Of a stretch of 64,000 nucleotides of DNA, positions 61,441 to 64,000 are shown in pieces; the first letter of the stretch is position 1; every line of letters begins with the position of its first letter. The translations under genes and the position numbers were made by a program. The notes under the pieces were generated by a model. It saw only the letters and a program-made list of their open reading frames with translations. It was not told the DNA's origin and searched no databases. The DNA comes from Deltaproteobacteria bacterium (lineage in GTDB: Bacteria > Myxococcota_A > UBA9160 > PR03), in NCBI GenBank assembly GCA_035063765.1, contig JAPSFT010000010.1, positions 9,660-73,659 of the forward strand, in the 5' to 3' direction.

Positions 61441-63051
61441 TCAATCGAGCGGGGTGGCGAGGGCGATCTTGACGAGCCGGCCGGACTCGAGGCGGGCGTC
61501 GCGGGGGAGGTCGTTGGCGACGGCGGTCTCGTCGAGGCTCCAGCGGTTGCCGGTGCGCCGGCCGAGCTGGGCCAGGGTCTCGCCGCCGCGCGCCTCGGCG
61601 ATCGCGAGGCGCAGGCCGCGGATCCCGCTCCGCTCGGCGCTCGAGAGCGGGCGCAGGCTGCGCGCGACGGCGTCGAAGACCGGCGCGTAGTAGCGCCACG
61701 CGGGGGGTGCGGTCATGCCGGTCAGGCGGAAGGTCCCGCTCGGGTGCGCCACCCAGGTGAGCGAGAGAACGGCGAGACCGCGCTGGGTCGGGGCCTCCAC
61801 GAGCGCCCGGTAGGCCGGCCAGGGCCCGAGCTGCAGCGAGCCGCCGTCGACCACCCGCGTGTCCGGGTTGGACGCGAGCCAGCGGCGCGCCGCCGTCGCC
61901 GGCTGCTCGCGCCCACCCTGCGACTCGAGCACCACCACCGCATCTTGCCGGGGCGCCATCGCGCCCACCGCCTCGCGCGAGTTCTGGGTCTGCCAGCCGC
62001 GCGGGAAGTCGATCGCGAAGTCGAGCTCGGGGTGCAGGAAGCGGGTGTCCTCGAAGACGCCCTCGCGCGGGTCGGGCCCGATGCGGACGCCCTCGATCCG
62101 GTGCAGGAAGTCCGCCCGGCTGCGCGCGATCGGCGCGCTCCGGTGCGCGCCCATCTGCTCCGCGCGCCGCCCCGCCGCCAGCGCGCGCTCGCCCGCCGCC
62201 GGGTGCGAGTCGAGGAAGCTCGGCGCGCGCCCGGCACCCCGGGCCTCGAGCCGCCCCTCGCGCTCGAGCGTCGCGAGGAAGCCCGCCATGCCGGCGGGAT
62301 CCCAGCCCGCCTCCGCCGCGATGTCCTGCCCGACCACGTCCGCCTGCCGCTCCTGGTCGCGGCTATACGACGCGATCAGCCCGGCACCGGCCACGTGGCC
62401 GAGCTGGCCCACCATCTGCGCCGCCTGCGGCCCACCCACCACCGCCGCGGCGATCGAGCCGAGCGCCGAGAGCAGGCCGACCCCCGTCGAGCGCGTCTCG
62501 CGCTGCGCCGCGTGGCGGGCGGCGACGTGCCCGATCTCGTGACCGATCACGTTGGCGAGCTCGTCCTCGCTGTTGGCGAGCGCGAGCAGGCCGCGCGAGA
62601 CGTAGACCCAGCCCCCCGGCAGCGCGAAGGCGTTCGCCTCGGCCATGTCCGCCACCGCGAAGTGGTAGGTGACGTCCTGGCGCGGCGAGGCCGCCGCGAG
62701 GCGCTCGCCGATCTCGCCGACGTAGCGGGTGAGCTTCGGGTCGCGGACGAGCCCGATCTCGCGCTCGACCTGGACGGAGGCCTGGCGCCCGAGCGCGATC
62801 TCGCGCTCGGGGGACATGGTCGTGAGCTCCGTCCGGCCCGAGACCGGGTTCACCGCGGTCGCGCAGCCGAGCCCGAGGCCAAGTCCGAGGCCCAGCCCGA
62901 GGCCCAGCCCGAGGCCCAGCCCGAGCCTGCGTCCGAGCCCGAGTCCGAGTCTGCGTCCGAGCCCGAGGCCTCGTCCGCGTCCGAGTCCGAGGGCGGCCCT
63001 GGCCGCCGCGGCGCGGCGGCGTCCGGACGGGAGCCGAGCGGCTCCGGACAT
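61441..63051 (-). CDS. M48-family zinc metalloprotease lipoprotein with LysM-like C-terminus (paralog 2)
   Basis: GGGAGG RBS; GC-ATAVNPVSGRTEL, ANAFALPGGWVYVSRG, SEDELANVIGHEIGHV, YSRDQERQAD, FLDSHP, GETLAQLGRRTGNRW. Confidence 0.92.
   Translation of the reverse strand: MSGAARLPSGRRRAAAARAALGLGRGRGLGLGRRLGLGLGRRLGLGLGLGLGLGLGLGLGLGCATAVNPVSGRTELTTMSPEREIALGRQASVQVEREIGLVRDPKLTRYVGEIGERLAAASPRQDVTYHFAVADMAEANAFALPGGWVYVSRGLLALANSEDELANVIGHEIGHVAARHAAQRETRSTGVGLLSALGSIAAAVVGGPQAAQMVGQLGHVAGAGLIASYSRDQERQADVVGQDIAAEAGWDPAGMAGFLATLEREGRLEARGAGRAPSFLDSHPAAGERALAAGRRAEQMGAHRSAPIARSRADFLHRIEGVRIGPDPREGVFEDTRFLHPELDFAIDFPRGWQTQNSREAVGAMAPRQDAVVVLESQGGREQPATAARRWLASNPDTRVVDGGSLQLGPWPAYRALVEAPTQRGLAVLSLTWVAHPSGTFRLTGMTAPPAWRYYAPVFDAVARSLRPLSSAERSGIRGLRLAIAEARGGETLAQLGRRTGNRWSLDETAVANDLPRDARLESGRLVKIALATPLD
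62865..62991. repeat. Hexamer-based tandem repeat encoding (LG)n/(LGR) in the M48 signal peptide
   Basis: About 21 degenerate (A/G)G(C/T)CCG-like units, including GAGGCCCAGCCC x3; reads LGLGRGRGLGLGRRLGLGLGRRLGLGLGLGLGLGLGLGLGC on the minus strand. Confidence 0.85.
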
Positions 63052-63152
63052 GGTTACCCTCCCGCCGCGTCCAGGCTTCGACCGCCGAGGAGTAGCCGAG
63101 CTTCACCCGGTTCGGAACCGGCCCCCGGCGCGAGCCTCGCAAAGGAGCACCC

Positions 63153-63809
63153 ATGGCCCTGGTCCTGCACGGCGCGGCGCCGTCCCCCTTCGTCCGCAAG
63201 GTCCGCGTGGCCCTGATCGAGAAGGGCATCCCCTACGAGCTGGTGCCGGTGCTGCCCTTCCCGCCGGCCAACGCGACGCCGGAGTTCCGGCGCATGAGCC
63301 CGCTCGGCAAGATCCCGGCGCTCAGCGACGGCGACTTCGCGATCTCCGACTCGTCGGTGATCTGCGCCTACCTCGAGCGCACGCACCCCGCGCCGCCGCT
63401 CTACCCGAGCGACGCCCGGGCCTACGCCCGCGCCCTCTGGCTCGAGGAGTTCGCGGACTCCCGGCTCGTCGAGGCGACCGGGCCGGCCTTCTTCCAGCGG
63501 GTCGTGCGCAAGCTCGTCCTGCAGCAGGAGCCCGACGAGGCGCTCGTGCGCAAGAGCCTCGCCGAGCTGCTCCCGCCGGCGCTCGACTACCTCGAGGGCC
63601 AGCTCGACGGCGCCGAATGGCTGGCCGGCGGGCGCTTCACGGTCGCCGACATCGCGGCGGCCTCGATGCTCCAGCAGCTCCGGCACGCCGGCGAGACGCT
63701 CGACGCCGGGCGCTGGCCGCACGTGGCGGCGTTCGCGGAGCGGGCGCTGGCGCGGCCCTCGTTCGCGAGCTGCATCGCCGAGGAGACCCGGCTGCTGGGC
63801 CTCGGCTGA
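63153..63809 (+). CDS. Glutathione S-transferase family protein
   Basis: SPFVRKVRVALIEKG, SPLGKIPAL, ISDSSVICAYLE, FTVADIA; AAGGAG RBS. Confidence 0.95.
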   Translation: MALVLHGAAPSPFVRKVRVALIEKGIPYELVPVLPFPPANATPEFRRMSPLGKIPALSDGDFAISDSSVICAYLERTHPAPPLYPSDARAYARALWLEEFADSRLVEATGPAFFQRVVRKLVLQQEPDEALVRKSLAELLPPALDYLEGQLDGAEWLAGGRFTVADIAAASMLQQLRHAGETLDAGRWPHVAAFAERALARPSFASCIAEETRLLGLG

Positions 63810-63819
63810 GGACCGCGCC

Positions 63820-64000
63820 GTGGCCGCGCGCACCCGCAAGCGGGGCCGCCCGCGCAAGAAGGGGAAGGCTCCTTCGCGATCGCCCGGCGCGCCGGCCCCG
63901 GCGGGTGCGGGCGGGCTCTCGGCCGCGCTCGCGCGCGGCCTCGGCGCCCTCACCGGCGGCGTGCGCGGCACCGTCGCGGCGACGCCCGGCATCGGCCTCC
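63820..64000 (+). CDS. 5' end of a CDS with an AT-hook-like N-terminus; truncated by window end
   Basis: GAGGA RBS, GTG 63820, open frame MAARTRKRGRPRKKGKAPS...GIGL to the end of the window. Confidence 0.45.
   Translation, partial: MAARTRKRGRPRKKGKAPSRSPGAPAPAGAGGLSAALARGLGALTGGVRGTVAATPGIGL

Noticed and set aside
62865-63000. Plus-strand PEAQ/PESE repeat suggesting an acidic linker protein
   Set aside because: It is the reverse complement of the M48 signal region; the plus frame has no supported start or domain.

Overview
A very GC-rich, gene-dense bacterial window that looks like a Myxococcota-type (former deltaproteobacterial) chromosome. About 50 real CDSs can be separated from the many antisense or out-of-frame shadow ORFs. 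No rRNA, tRNA, CRISPR array, integrase or transposase was recognised. Housekeeping content: DEAD-box helicase, gatCAB-asmA-mtnA-ilvE operon, thiD, pyk, astADBE (no astC), an RND efflux triad, Grx4/BolA and GST. Envelope content: a sulfatase-like lipoprotein, two GT-C-type membrane glycosyltransferases, a PEP-CTERM protein, two M48 metalloprotease lipoproteins and a 1118-aa PHP/CehA-McbA metallohydrolase. The most interesting region is 42.7-53.4 kb. Phosphoketolase is followed by a translationally coupled trio: (i) a BacA/YddA(ABCD)-type transporter whose ATPase domain has lost its Walker A, Q-loop, Walker B and H-loop catalytic residues, (ii) a GH94 protein with the motifs of 1,2-beta-oligoglucan phosphorylase, and (iii) an uncharacterised cytoplasmic CBM-like/discoidin/(alpha/alpha)6 glycosidase. 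Together these suggest a beta-1,2-glucan uptake and phosphorolysis system with no solute-binding protein. Other sequence-level observations: a symmetric bidirectional leaderless promoter in a 24-bp gap, several leaderless starts, a 35-bp duplication creating a relay mini-ORF, a perfect 30-bp REPIN-like hairpin, and tandem repeats in lipoprotein signal peptides. All family assignments come from motif recognition by eye; no database search was run.
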